Source: Psammoneis japonica (taxonomy: Eukaryota). Taken from it: 64,000 nt of DNA. The position numbers and the translations under genes are program-made. The stretch is from assembly GCA_008632985.1 (NCBI GenBank), contig QPGO01000049.1, forward strand, positions 372,001-436,000, written 5' to 3'. Shown one piece after another: positions 36,522-49,220 of the stretch (its first letter is position 1; each line of letters starts with the position of its first letter). The notes below the pieces were generated by a model. The model worked only from the letters and a program-made list of their open reading frames with translations, did not search any database and had not been told where the DNA came from.

Positions 36522-39510
36522 GCCCCGCCTCTTCGTTTAGAGGTTGGTTAGGACCCTCTATGGATATGGATTCGAGCGCGATCGGTACCCCGTGGATGGT
36601 GTCCCTTTTTGTAGTGGTGTGCTCATTGGTTCTCCGGTTGGAAACTGCCAGCACGGATCGGAGGTGATTTGTCACAACGTAACTCTTTTAGAACCGCAAT
36701 GAATAATGTGCTGTGTGTGACATGCTCGTTGCTCTTGTACTCTTGATGGCTTCGCCGCTTCGCTGTACAATAGTTACGATATTCTTACCTGTTGCGAGAC
36801 TCGTGGTTTCCTCTCAACACCGTCATCGCGTAGGCCTCAAAGCCATCAAATTCGTATGAGTCAGAAACATGTTTTTGCAATGATCATCGGTGTCACCATG
36901 CTAGTTTATGCATCATTCTTTTCAAGTTGAAAAGATTCATGAGTGCGGATGGGGTGCGTTTGGAGTTTGTTGGCGCAAGCACCCGTTTGCATGTCAAAAT
37001 GTCGCTGTCGTATCTATTCATAATTGAGCGAATCCTTTGAGAGTCCTGCCTTGATCAACTGGTTCAAGACCACTACCTCGTTCTATCGATTTGTCCCAAA
37101 GCTCTTTTACTACAGTTTTGACAATTCTTGGAATATTCCTAGCGACATGTACGACTGATCAAGACCGGCATGCCTGTTTTGCGGCGTAATCGAGTAAAGT
37201 CTTCATCTATCCACTCAAGTCATCTAGAGAGAGATAAGAGTATCGCTCCAGACCGTCTCTTGCGTTGTTATGAGCAGTATGATGTGTTGTCATTCCAACC
37301 AAGATTTTGTCAGTTCACAAAAAATCAAAAAATCAAAAATCAAAAATCAAAATCCTGCTGAATCTTTCTTGGGCTGACGGCCAGACGGCTGGATTCAAAA
37401 TTCAAAATCTTACACGAAAATGAATGTTCGCAAATGATCAGTCTCCCTCTTCTCCCCAACAACAACAAAAACGATCACACAAAAACAGACCCGTGACAAC
37501 GGCAAAGACAGTCTCCCACGATGATGCAAGAGACCCACAGCGAGTGGGTGGGAAGCTCTGGGCCTTCAGGGGCTTGTCCAGATGCAATGAATCGTCGACA
37601 TGATCAGCTGCCGCACCTGGAAGAGGCTCGGCATTGGGTGACGGGCAACAGACACAGAAACAACGGGACGAGACGAAGGCAAATCATCTTGGGTGGACTT
37701 GTAGCTGCTCTTGCTATTCTCATTGGTGTTTCCGTGCGTGTCTCCACAAGAGCCGATCGCAACAGCACTCACACCGAGAAACCACCAAACGAGCGGTGCC
37801 AATCGGTGCTCTCTTACTTGGATGGCTGTTCAGACCCGCAAAAACTCCGCACCAAGGGACCCCCGAATGCCGCGTCGTGCTGTGGATGGCAAACGATGAC
37901 CCCCTTCAATGCAACATTCCAGTCAACCCGCTCGAGCAGCACTTTCGCCAGAGGCATGTCCTCGTCCTCTTTTGCTGCCGCATGCCATGGGCGGAGAGCA
38001 ATGGAATGATCAGTTCAACTTTTTGAGAGACAGGAATGAGTGCTTTTGGCATGTCAGACAGGCGCGCAAAGATGCACATTGTGCACCTTCTGGAATGACA
38101 TGTGACGACAATCAAAAATTCGGACAATTGTCAATGGCAAGTTCTGGTGTGAATGAAGGAGAAGGATCCTAAGCCCGAGCGACTTGAGCTTCATTGCATC
38201 TTGCACTGTCAAGTTTGGGAAGCGATCTGTTTTCTCAAACCCGCCTTTTCCATTTCTTGATGTGCAACCGACAGAAGACAACAATTTGAGAGGAAAAATT
38301 CCATCGGAGCTTGGCCTTCTTACAAAGCTCAATTTCTTTTGGACACCGAACAATGACAACATTGCAGGCACCACACCAGATGAACTCCAAGAACTGACAG
38401 ACATGGATGCATTCAATGTGGACAACAACAAGCTGCATGGCACAATCCCAACTTGGATTGGCTCATGGAGCCAAGCAACAATGACAAGCTTGCAGCACAA
38501 CAAATTCTCATCCTCGCCACCCACGGAGTTGGGGCTCCCAACATTTATGATGAGACTTCAACTCAAGGCAATCAATTGACTGGCGCAGTTCCTCACAGAG
38601 TGAAAGGCATGAATGACTTGCAACGTCTGTTGCAGGAAGAAACAAGTTCAAGGGAGAAATTGAAACGTGGCTGCCATCAAATGCGGAAGAGCTGTCAGGT
38701 CTCACTTTGAACGACAACATGTTCAGTGGATTGCTTCCTTCAGCCCTGGGCAACCTCTCGTGCACGGCGCGACTGCATCTGGAACACAACTCATTCACCA
38801 GTGACCTTCTGCCTTGAATTCTCTCAAGCATCTTCAAGCTGTGTTTCTGCAGCACAACCAGTTTGAACAAAGTCTTGATGACAACTTTCATTTTATGAAA
38901 AGACAGACACTCCGCGTCATTGATGCCAGCACAAACAATTTCTGCAGAAAGTTGCTGCCAGAGTGGCTGTCACACAAGATGTTGAAAACCCTTGCTCTCC
39001 ACAATGTTTCTCTCAGTGGTGCACTTCCTGTTGATGTGGCCAAAAACACAGTGCTGGATGCCTGTCGTGACCAAAAACACAGTGCTGGAATGCCCGTCGT
39101 TGAACGCGAACGCGATTGAACATGGCATCCCCGCGTCGATGTCAAACCTCAAGTCCCTCTTTCACCTGGATCTGAGCACCAACGAGTTTTGAATGGTGAC
39201 CTGCCAATGTCGCTCGGGGATGTGGTGGAGCTCACTTGTTTGTCTGTTGCTGAAAACAACACAGATGCTGGTCCATTGGTGCCACAATTCTTGGAGGCAC
39301 CGACGAACTTGAAAGAGCTTTCATTGAGACAAACGAATGTCAATGGACCGATTCCTGCTTGGTTGAGGAAATTCAAAGCTCTTTCCCTTCTGGATCTTGG
39401 CCGTGATGATTTTGCAGGTGAGTTCCCTGCAAGTTTGGGCAAGCTCCCTCTCGAGCACTTGCTGCTCAACCACAATCATCTCAACGGCACCCTGCCACAG
39501 TCGATCCAAG

Positions 39511-42500
39511 TGCAGTGTGCCTCGCTGCTGGACAACACGGCCAGACCGTGCATGAGCCTCTTGTGCATGGCAACGCAGTGTTGTCAACGTGCACCTGGGG
39601 AAGCACGACCACAGGAGGGCGTGGCTCTGGGTCTCAGGCAATTCCAGAAGGATGCCAAGAGAGCATCCATGTGAAGCACACTGGCCCGTCATCTGGCCCA
39701 CGATGGCAGTGTGATTCCACACGATGACATCACTCGTGCATGGCGCATGATGGCTTGATTCGCACGATCCACAATGCGAGTGCACGATCGATTTGATGTG
39801 ATCCAAATGCGAACGAACAGGGATTTGACAAGATTCCCTGTTCGCACGATCCCACTTTTCTCTGCTCCAAACTGGCTCACAATTTTCACAATGACAAAGT
39901 CACAACACATCTTCTTTTCAGCACCTGGTGCATGCACAGGGCACAGTGGTGTTGCTCCCGCATGTTGTGCAAGGTGACGAAATCTGCAGAAACGAAACTG
40001 CGAAATGTTGGCAGGACCGACAAATCTCAAAACAACCATGAAGAAGCGGATTGAGCCGCCGACTCCGTTCGCACAGCCGGAGAAGAAAGAGCTGCAGCAG
40101 GGCAAGTGCCAGACATTCAAACTGCGTGACAACCCCGCTGATCCGGACAGTCCAACGCACGAGATGGGCATCCCGCACCTTTCTGCGGCTGCATGCGAGA
40201 CACTCCCAATCTTTCTGCGCAACGTGGATCGCGTGCACGAAGGAAAAAACATGACGACCGGGCCAGCGAAATTTGCCCTCATGCGCGACCCACTGCAGGG
40301 CGATGCTCTGACGTCATTCAATGATGCCGCTGACAAGCAGGCATCCCAAACCAATGCCACGTGTGCAGCATGCGTCGCGAAGCTAAAGGAAAGTGTCTTC
40401 CCACATGGGGCAGTGCCATTGCAGAAGCGTTGTCTGAGGCGCTTCATGTGCAAGCCCGCAGAGGTTTCTGCTCGTGACTGCGTCACGAGGGCTGTTGAAA
40501 TTGACAGCTGTGTCTCCAAGTTTCCACCCGTGACGGAGGATGGAGAAGCACCGGCGCCATCACCTGACGACAAACTGCGCGATGTGTTTGAGTGCGGTGT
40601 GCTGAGCGCATGGCAGAAGTTCATGACGCCACAGAATTTTGACCCGTTGGCGCATGCTGTTGCCGAATTTGTGCAGTTCTGCGAGCGCATCGAGCAGGTC
40701 GAGCTTGCCGAAGGTAACCTGGACCAACATGCTAAGATTCCACGCAAGCGGGGACGTAGAACGGACAATCTTGAGTCGTTGATCACGTGCCCTGTGTGTG
40801 CACTGGGCGCTGAAAAGAACATGTGTTGCGACTTTGTCGTTGTAAAAATTGTGAGCCAGTTTAGAGTGGAGAAAGTGGGATCGTGCGAACAGGGAATCTT
40901 GCCAAATCCCTGTTCGTTCGCATTGTGGATCGTGCGAATCAAGCCATCACGCGCTGTGCACGAGTGATGTCATCGTGTGGAATCACGCTGCCATCGTGGG
41001 CCAGACGACGGGCCAGTGTGCTTCACACGGATGCTCTCTTGGCATCCTTCTGGAATTGCCTGAGACCTGGAGCCACGCCCTCCTGTGGTCGTGCTTCCCA
41101 GGTGCATGTTGACAACACTGCGTTGCCACGCACAAGAGGCTCACACACGGTCTCGCCGTGTTGTCCAGCAGCGAGGCATGCTGCACACTCCCCCATGATC
41201 AGGGCCGTCAAGTGACAGGATGTCTTGCTGGTGACAGGGTGCAATCTGCCGCAGATTGCATGCATCCATCAGCGCTCCGTTCTGGGTGCGCAACACGCCG
41301 TTGTCACACACACGGACAACTCTGGCGGGTCCTGCACAGCTGTCAGAACTGTGTTTAGAGGATTGTTCCTGTCTGACAAGCACCAATTGCCCTGCGGCAC
41401 ATTGATGCTCCTTGCGTTTCTGATTTTCACGCTTGTTGTTCAAGTGGACAAGCTTCTGCTTTCTGGTTTCCATGTGCTTCCACTTGGCACGATGGGCAAC
41501 AGACAAAACCGCATCACGTCCGAAGACCAATTGCGCGGGACTTGCACGCGTGGTCGCATGTGCCGCAGCTCTGACAGCGAAGGCTGCTGAGGAGAGGATG
41601 CCACTCCATGGGTCATCTTCGTCCAGCTCCACATCCTGCACTGAAAAGGAACGCACCATGTCACCAAGTGTCTGGCGCACATGCTCCACTGTGGCATTCG
41701 CCTGTGGATTCCGTTCACTTGTGGGTTTCTTCAAAATCCCACAGTCATTTTTAATCATCTGGCCAAATTCTGCCACAAATTCTGTCCCACGGTCATGTGC
41801 CACCTGGGTTGGCCACGGATGTCTGCACAGCCACGTTTGTTCCACGACGTTTGCCACGACGTCTGCGCGTTTCACAGACACTTCTTCAATCTCGAACCAC
41901 CCGGTTGCTGGGTCAATCATTGTGACTGCCCATGATTGCAAAGTGTCCTTTCTGCGTCTTTGAATTTTGTGTGGCCCCATCACATCTGTGCACAGAGTCT
42001 CCCATGGAATTGTCTCTGCGACCTTTTCTGGCAGCTTCCCATGACGCTGCATTCGGCGTTTTGTCTTCTGGCATCGATCGCACTTGACGCACGTAGAATG
42101 CACAGTGGACCTCATGCCAGGCCAGCAGAAGTGCTGGGCAACAGATGTTTCCGCACGTGTCTCACCTGGATGACACAGTGTCTCGTGGCACCATTCAGCC
42201 AGCGGAACCTGCAATGACTGTGGTGCTGCGATTTTGTCCTTGTGACAGATTGACTGTCGTGATGCCCCTCCCCCACGACATGCACGAATGGAGCAGTCGG
42301 ACGAGTCCTTGGCTCGTGAGAGCAGGCGCTTGTCCTTTTGTTGTGCTTTTTGAATGCGCTTGAAGCCAACAGGCAGAGATGCCTCATCTTGCACGTCTGC
42401 ATTAAAAGCTTCATGCAAAGGACGACTCGATGGAGTGTCTTTTACATCCGGATTGGCCTCGGAAGGCAAGCTGGGTGCTGGTCGAAGGCGACTGAGAGCG

Positions 42501-45500
42501 TCAGCGACTGGGTTGTGGGTGCCCTTGACATGGCGTAATTTGGGACCGCATTCTTCGCATGTCAACCGCCAGCGCATGACGCGCTCGGCATTGAATGCTT
42601 TGTGCATGAGATTTTTATGATCAGCACATGCAATCACACGATGACCAAGGAGAACTGTTCGAAATTCTTTCAACGTCTCCACAATGGCGAGCAATTCTCT
42701 CTCCGTTGTTGTGTGATTTAATTGCGCACTGTTGAGCTTTCTGCTGTAGAAGGTGACAGGTTTATCATCTTGGGATGTGACTGCTCCCAATTGACATTTA
42801 GAGGCATCGGCATGCATCTCAAAGGGTTTGTTAAAATCAGGATGTGACAACAAAACATCATCCGATGTCACCCGTTTGATGGTTTCGAACGCCTCGTCTT
42901 CAACGGACGTCCACTCCCACTTGACAGTCTCGCTTGCGAGTCGTGTCAGCGGAGCCAAGACTTCAGAACGTCTGATCCACGTGTCACGGTGGCAGTTCAC
43001 CATGCCAATGAATGAGCGCAGGTCGTGTTCATTGGTTGGGGTCGCGATTCGCTTGGTGGCGTCGACTTTGTTGGGTGTTGGTCGCACTCTGTCTCTGTTG
43101 ACCAAGCAACCCAAGCATTCTAATTGGGTTTGACAGAAGTGAGATTTAGTTGCGTCAACTTTTAGTCCTGCTTTCTGGACCCTCAATGAAGCTTCTTCAA
43201 GTTTGTTGAGGTGATCTTCACAGGTGCCTTTCGTCATGACGAGAAGGTCATCTAAGTGTGTTCAAACGAACGACAGATCTTCAAATGAGCCTGACATGCA
43301 CTCTTGGGAAATGTCTGGCGAATCACATGAAAGGGTTTGTTAAAATCAGGATGTGATGATAAAACATCATCCGATGTCACCCGTTTGACGGTTTCGAACG
43401 CCTCGTCTTCAACGGACGTCCACTCCCACTTGACAGTCTCACTTGCGAGTCGTGTCAGCGGAGCCAAGACTTCAGAACGTCTGATCCACGTGTCACGGCA
43501 GCAGTTCACCATGCCAACAAATGAGCGCAGGTCGCGTTCATTGGTTGGGGTCATGATTCGCTCAATGGCGTCGACTTTGTTGGGCATTGGTCATGTTCCG
43601 TCTCTGTTGACCAGATGACCCAAGCACTCTAATTGGGTTTGACAGAAGTGAGATTTGGTTGTGCCAACTTTTGGTCCTGCTTTCTGGACCCTCAACAAAA
43701 CTTCTTCAAGTTTGTTGAGGTGATCTTCATGGGTGCCTTTCGTGCACACGATCCACGTTGCGTAGAAAGATTAGGAGTGTCACGCATGCAGCCGCAGAAA
43801 GGTGCGGAATGCCCATCTCGTGCGTTGGACTGTCCGGATCAGTGGGGTTGTTGCGCAGTTTGAACGTCTGGTGCTCGCCCTGCTGTGGCTCTTTCTTCTC
43901 CGGCCGTGCGAACGGAATCGGCGGCTTAATCCGCTTCTTCATGGTCGTTTTAAGATTTGTCGGTCCTGCCAACATTTCGCAGTTTCGTTTCTGCAGATTT
44001 CGTCACCTCGCACAACATGCGGGAGCAATGTTGCTGTGCCCCATGTGTGTGCCAGGCGCTGAAAAGAAGATGTGTTGCGACTTTGTCGTTATAAAAATTG
44101 TGAGCTAGTTTAGAGCAGAGAAAGTGGGATCGTGCGAATGGGGAATCTTGCCAAATCCCCATTCGTTTGCATTGTGGATCATGCGAATCAAGCCATCACG
44201 CGCCATGCACGAGTGATGTCATCGTGTGGAATCACACCACCATCGTGGGCCAGACGACGGGCTAGTGTGCTTCACACGGATGCTCTCTTAGCATCCTTCT
44301 GGAATTGCCCAAGACCTGGAGCCACGCCCTCCTGTGGTCGTGCTTCCCAGGTGCGTGTTGACAATGCTACGTTGCCATGCACAAGAGGCTCACACACGGC
44401 CTCGCCGTGTTGTCCAGTGGCGAGGCATGCTGCACACGACCCAACGGAACACCCAGAAGTCGTGCATGCCACACGGGACCAACTGTGGACATCATGCGGA
44501 GGATTGCCGTCAGCTCAAGCACCACGTGAAACGTGTCAAGACTGGACATTCCAATGACGGAGGCAGCAAGCCCAATGCAAAACCTCGGAATGAGGAAGAC
44601 ATCAATGCTCTCATCGGATCAAAGGTCGAGGAGTTCTTTGCCAATGCTCAGAAAAAGCGCAAGGCACGTGAGGAGGAGCTCAATCACTTCCGCGACCTCA
44701 ACTTGAGTGATTCTGAAGATTCGGACACCTGAGAAGGGGGCCGACACAATGCAGGCAGTTTTAACACATTGGATGAATGCATGAATGAACAACTGAATTA
44801 CCGTCATACACGTGTTGTGGGCCAATCCCGCAAATGAGTTAAAAAGACTCATCTTGCTCCAATCTTGTTTGCAGCTGTGAACACCAAACATGGCAAGGGC
44901 AAGACTCAAACCATTGAGGCACTGCCAGATGGTGGCGCCAGCAGTGCTCTGCTCGACAGTCGACACTGCAAGCATCTGCAAAGCCATTCAATGGCTGAGA
45001 CAAACTGGACCATGGTGGCAGGCTCGTTCAGTGCGTCCAACGACTGCACCGTTAAATTTCGGTTGCCAGAATTGTCCGAAACTGCAGAACTTAAACATGC
45101 CGTCCACGTGCACAACGGAAAGTTGGGCAAGCACGACATGATCATTGGACGTGACATTCTGGAGACACAAGGCATTGATGTTGTCTTCTCCAAGCAGATG
45201 ATGGAGTGGCCATTGGTCAATGGAGAAGTGCCAATGAGGCACGTAGATGCTGCGGTAGAAACCTCCTTCTATCTTCAAGATCCAGAAGCCTCATCTTCGG
45301 AAACCGACCGGATTTCACGCATTTTGGACGCCAAGCACGCGCCGGCCTGCCTCGAGGACATAACGCGAGGGGCAATGGGACTTTCTACAGTTCAACAAAA
45401 CGACCTTTTGGCACTGTTGAAACGCCATGAGTCCTTGTTTGATGGGACATTGGGAGAATGGAAGGGAGAACCCTGCCACATCCAACTCAAGGAGGGTGCA

Positions 45501-48462
45501 GAACCGTGCCACACTCATCCACACAAAGTGCCTCGTGCGTGCGAAGCTACGCTGTGTAAAGAAGTAGAACGCCCAGCGCGCATCGGTGTTCTCAAATGCG
45601 TCAACCAATCCCAATGGGCAGCTCCATCATTTGTCATGCCGAAGAAAGACTTGACGGTGCGCTTTGTCAATGATTTCAGAGAGCTGAATGAACGGATCAA
45701 GCGATTGCCTTGTCCAATTCCTCACATCCAAGACATGCTGCTTGAGCTTGAAGACTTTGTGTGGGCTGCATCGCTGGATTTAAATGTGGGCTGTTGTCAC
45801 ATCCGGTTGGATGCTGATGGCAAGAAGCTCTGCATGCTCATCTTCCCGTGGGGCAAGTGTGAGATGCAGGCATTGCCCATGGGATCATGTGGTTCACCAG
45901 ACATTTCCCAAGAATGCATGTCAGGCTCATTTGAAGATCTGTCGTTCGTTCGAACGTGCTTAGATGACCTTCTCGTTGTGACGAAAGGCACCTGTGAAGA
46001 TCACCTCAACAAACTTGAAGAAGTTTCATTGAGGGTCCAGAAAGCAGGACTAAAAGTTAACGCAACTAAATCTCACTTCTGTCAAACCCAATTAGAATGC
46101 TTGGGTTGCTTGGTCAACAGAGACAGAACATGACCAACACCCAACAAAGTCGACGCCACCAAGCGAATCGCGACCCCAACCAATGAACACGACCTGCGCT
46201 CATTCATTGGCATGGTGAACTGCCACCGTGACACGTGGATTAGACGTTCGGAAGTCTTGGCTCCGCTGACACGACTTGTGAGCGAGACTGTCAAGTGGGA
46301 GTGGATGTCCGTTGAAGACGAGGCGTTCGAAACCGTTGAACGGGTGATGTCGGATGATGTTTCATTGTCACATCCTGATTTTAACAAACCCTTTGAGACA
46401 CATGCCGATGCCTCTAAATGTCAATTGGGAGCAGTTGTGTCCCAAGACAATGTACCTGTCGCCTTTTACAGCAGAAAGCTCAGTGGTGTGCAATTAAATT
46501 GTGCAACAACGGAGAGAGAATTGCTCGCCATTGTGGAGACGTTGAAAGAATTTCGAACGATTCTCCTTGGTCATCGTGTGCTTGCATGTGCTGATCATAA
46601 AAATCTCACGTACAAAGCATTCAATGCCGAGCGCGTTATGCGCTGGCGGTTGACATGCGAAGAATGCGGTCCCAAATTACGCTGTGTTGAGGGTGCCCAC
46701 AACCTGGTCGCTGACGCTCTTGGTCGCCTTTGGCTGGCACCCAGTTTGCCTTCCGAGGCCAATCCAGATGTAAAAGACACTCCATCGAGTCGTCCTTTAC
46801 ATGAAGCCTTTAATGCAGATGCGCAAGACGATGCATCTCTGCCTGTTAGCTTCAAGCGCATTCAAAAAGAACAACAAAAGGACAAGTGCCTGCTCTCACG
46901 AGCCAAGGACTCGTCCGACTGCTCCATTCGCGCGTGTCGTGGGGGAGGGTCATCACGACAGTTAATCTGTCATAAGGACAAAATCGCAGCACCACAGTCA
47001 TTGCAGATCCTGCTGGCTGAATGGCACCACGAGACACTGTGTCATCCAGGTGAGACACGTGCAGAAACATCTGTTGCCCAGCACTTCTGCTGGCCCAGCA
47101 TGAGGTCTGTGGTGCATTCTACGTGCGTCAAGTGCGATCGATGCCAGAAGACAAAACGCCGAACGCAGCATTGTGGGAAGCCACCAGAAAAGGTCGCCGA
47201 GATAATTCCATGGGAGACTCCATGCACAGATGTGACAGGGCCATGTAAAATTCAAAGACGCGGAAAGGACACTTTGCAATTGTGGGCAGTCACAATGATT
47301 GACCCAGCAACTGGGTGGTTCGAGATTGAAGAAGTGTCTGCAAAACGCGCAGACGTCGCAGCAAACGTCGTGGAACAAACGTGGCTGTGCAGATGTCCGT
47401 GGCCAACCCAGGTGGTTTATGACCGTGGGACAGAATTTATGGCAGAATTTAGCCAGACGATTAAAAATGACTGTGGGATTTTGAAGAAACCCACAAGCAA
47501 GCAGAATCCACAGGCGAATGCCACAGTGGAACGTGCACACCAGACACTTGGTGACATGGCACGTTCCTTTTCAGTGCAGGACATGGAACTGGACAAAGAT
47601 GACCCATGGAGTGGCATCCTCTCCGCAGTGGCCTTCGCTGTTAGAGCTGCGGCACATGCGACCACGCATGCAAGTCCCATGCAATTGGTCTTCGGACGCG
47701 ATGCGGTTTTGTCTGTTGCCCATCATGCCAAGTGGAAGCACACAGAAACCAGAAAAACAGAAGCTTGTCCACTTAAATGACAAGCGTGAAAATCAGAAAC
47801 GCAAGGAGCACCAATGTGCCGCAGGGCAGTTGGCACTTGTCAAACAGGAACAATCCTCTAAATGCGGTTCTGACAGCCATGCAGGACCCGCCAGAGTTGT
47901 CCGTGTGTGTGACAACAGCACGTTGCATGTCCAGAACGGAGCGCTGACAGATGCGTGCAATCTACGGCAGATTGCACCCTGTCACCAGTGAGACATCCTG
48001 TCACTTGATGGCCCTGATCATGGGGGAGTGTGCAGTGTGCCTCGCTGCTGGACAACACGGCGAGACCGTGCATGAGCCTCTTGTGCATGGCAACGCAGTG
48101 TTGTTAACGCGCACCTGGGAAGCACGACCACAGGAGGGCGTGGCTCTAGGTCTTGGGCAATTCCAGAAGGATGCCAAGAGAGCATCCGTGTGAAGCACAC
48201 TAGCCCGTCGTCTGGCCCACGATGGCAGTGTGATTCCACACGATGACATCACTCGTGCATGGCGCGTGATGGCTTGATTCGCACGATCCACAATGCGAAC
48301 GCACGATCGATTTGATGCGATCCAAATGCGAACGAATGGGGATTTGACAAGATTCCCCATTTGCACGATCCCACTTTTCTCTGCTCTAAACTGGCTCATA
48401 ATTTTCACAACGACAAAGTCGCAACACATCTTCTTTTCAGCGCCTGGTGCACACATGGGGCA
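39511..48462 (+). mobile_element. Full-length Ty3/gypsy LTR retrotransposon (outer element), inactivated
   Basis: LTRs 39511-39943 and 48031-48462 (TG...CA); 4-bp TSD CAAG (39507-39510, 48463-48466); PPT GGGGGAG before the 3' LTR. gag ~40005-40787 plus 44439-44732 (CxxHG...H....C knuckle). pol ~44865-47990 in PR-RT-RH-IN order (ALPDGGAS; CLDD; ADASKCQLG; HPGETR...CDRC; DRGTEF). Stop at 46131, frameshift near 47755. Confidence 0.95.
40788..44434 (-). mobile_element. Internally deleted copy of the same gypsy family nested antisense inside gag of the outer element
   Basis: LTRs 40788-41185 and 44037-44434, both lacking the same ~34-bp segment; 4-bp TSD CACG (40784-40787, 44435-44438). A short gag start (43975-~43735) is fused to the RT end; ~400 bp of RT/RH is duplicated; RH-IN runs to about 41230. 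Confidence 0.93.
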
Positions 48463-49220
48463 CAAGATCTGTCCACGCTCGGCAAGTCGTCCATGTGAGA
48501 TCCTTGTTTTGCAGGTTTTGCTTGAGCATTTCTTACACACAAGTGTTTGTTCCTTTTTGCAGAGGTTGCATTCTTGAGTGAGAATGACATCGCGGGCAGC
48601 GTTGGATCACTTTGCAAGGGAACAAGCCTTGCCAACAATCTAGAAGAGTTGAGCGCGGATTGCGGTGGAGAGACACCCAAAGTCACTTGCCCCTGCTGCA
48701 CGGTTTGCTGTCAGGATGGAACAGACACTTGTGATTCCACCAAGACACCAGCCAATCACTGGGTTTCCACTTGCAATCGAGGCAAGTGGGACTTTCAAAA
48801 TGATTTGAATGAAATTTTTTAGTCTGAGCATGAAAAGATGCAGACAGTGTGAATGCACGCCATGAATCATCCCAGTGCACAAGTTGAGACCTTTGCACAG
48901 TGATGGCTGCCACCAAGTGTCCAATGGATGCCTTGCATCATGGCTCAGCTCACCTCTGCAGCAGCTCTCTGGCTGGCAGAGAGCACCATGGACTTTGAGA
49001 AACCTGAAGAGCAGGGAGGGCGGTGAAGTCATGGCAGCACCGTTGCACTTCTTTTGCAGAGCTCAAGAAAATGTCAGTGCTGACCTGACTTAGAAATGAC
49101 AAGTGCGCAAGCTCTTTGCCTCAACACCGTGTTGCATCTCTCAACATCTCATCACAACCGGTGGTTGCAAAGCAAGAAACAAGTGGAGCAAGTTGACAGT
49201 GACTGAAAGATCACCAGAAC

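Larger units (their letters stand above)
37521..48822 (+). pseudogene. TpA-mutated LRR receptor-like gene (37521-39510, resuming 48467-48822), interrupted by nested LTR retrotransposons
   Basis: TM IILGGLVAALAILIGVSV; LRRs NNLRGKIPSELGLLTKL and NNKLHGTIPTWIG. Removing the insertion restores PQSIQ-DLSTL. The last exon LEELSADCGGETPKVTCPCCTVCC matches the paralogue at about 34.8-35.0 kb. Confidence 0.85.

Noticed and set aside
39689..40942. 417-aa minus-strand ORF
   Set aside because: It is antisense to gag and spans two LTRs; it is open only because stop codons are depleted.
39511..48462. Alternative genetic code explaining Tyr->Cys/His
   Set aside because: Neighbouring intact genes use TAY for conserved Tyr, sister copies disagree (Cys vs His), and non-coding LTRs show the same changes.
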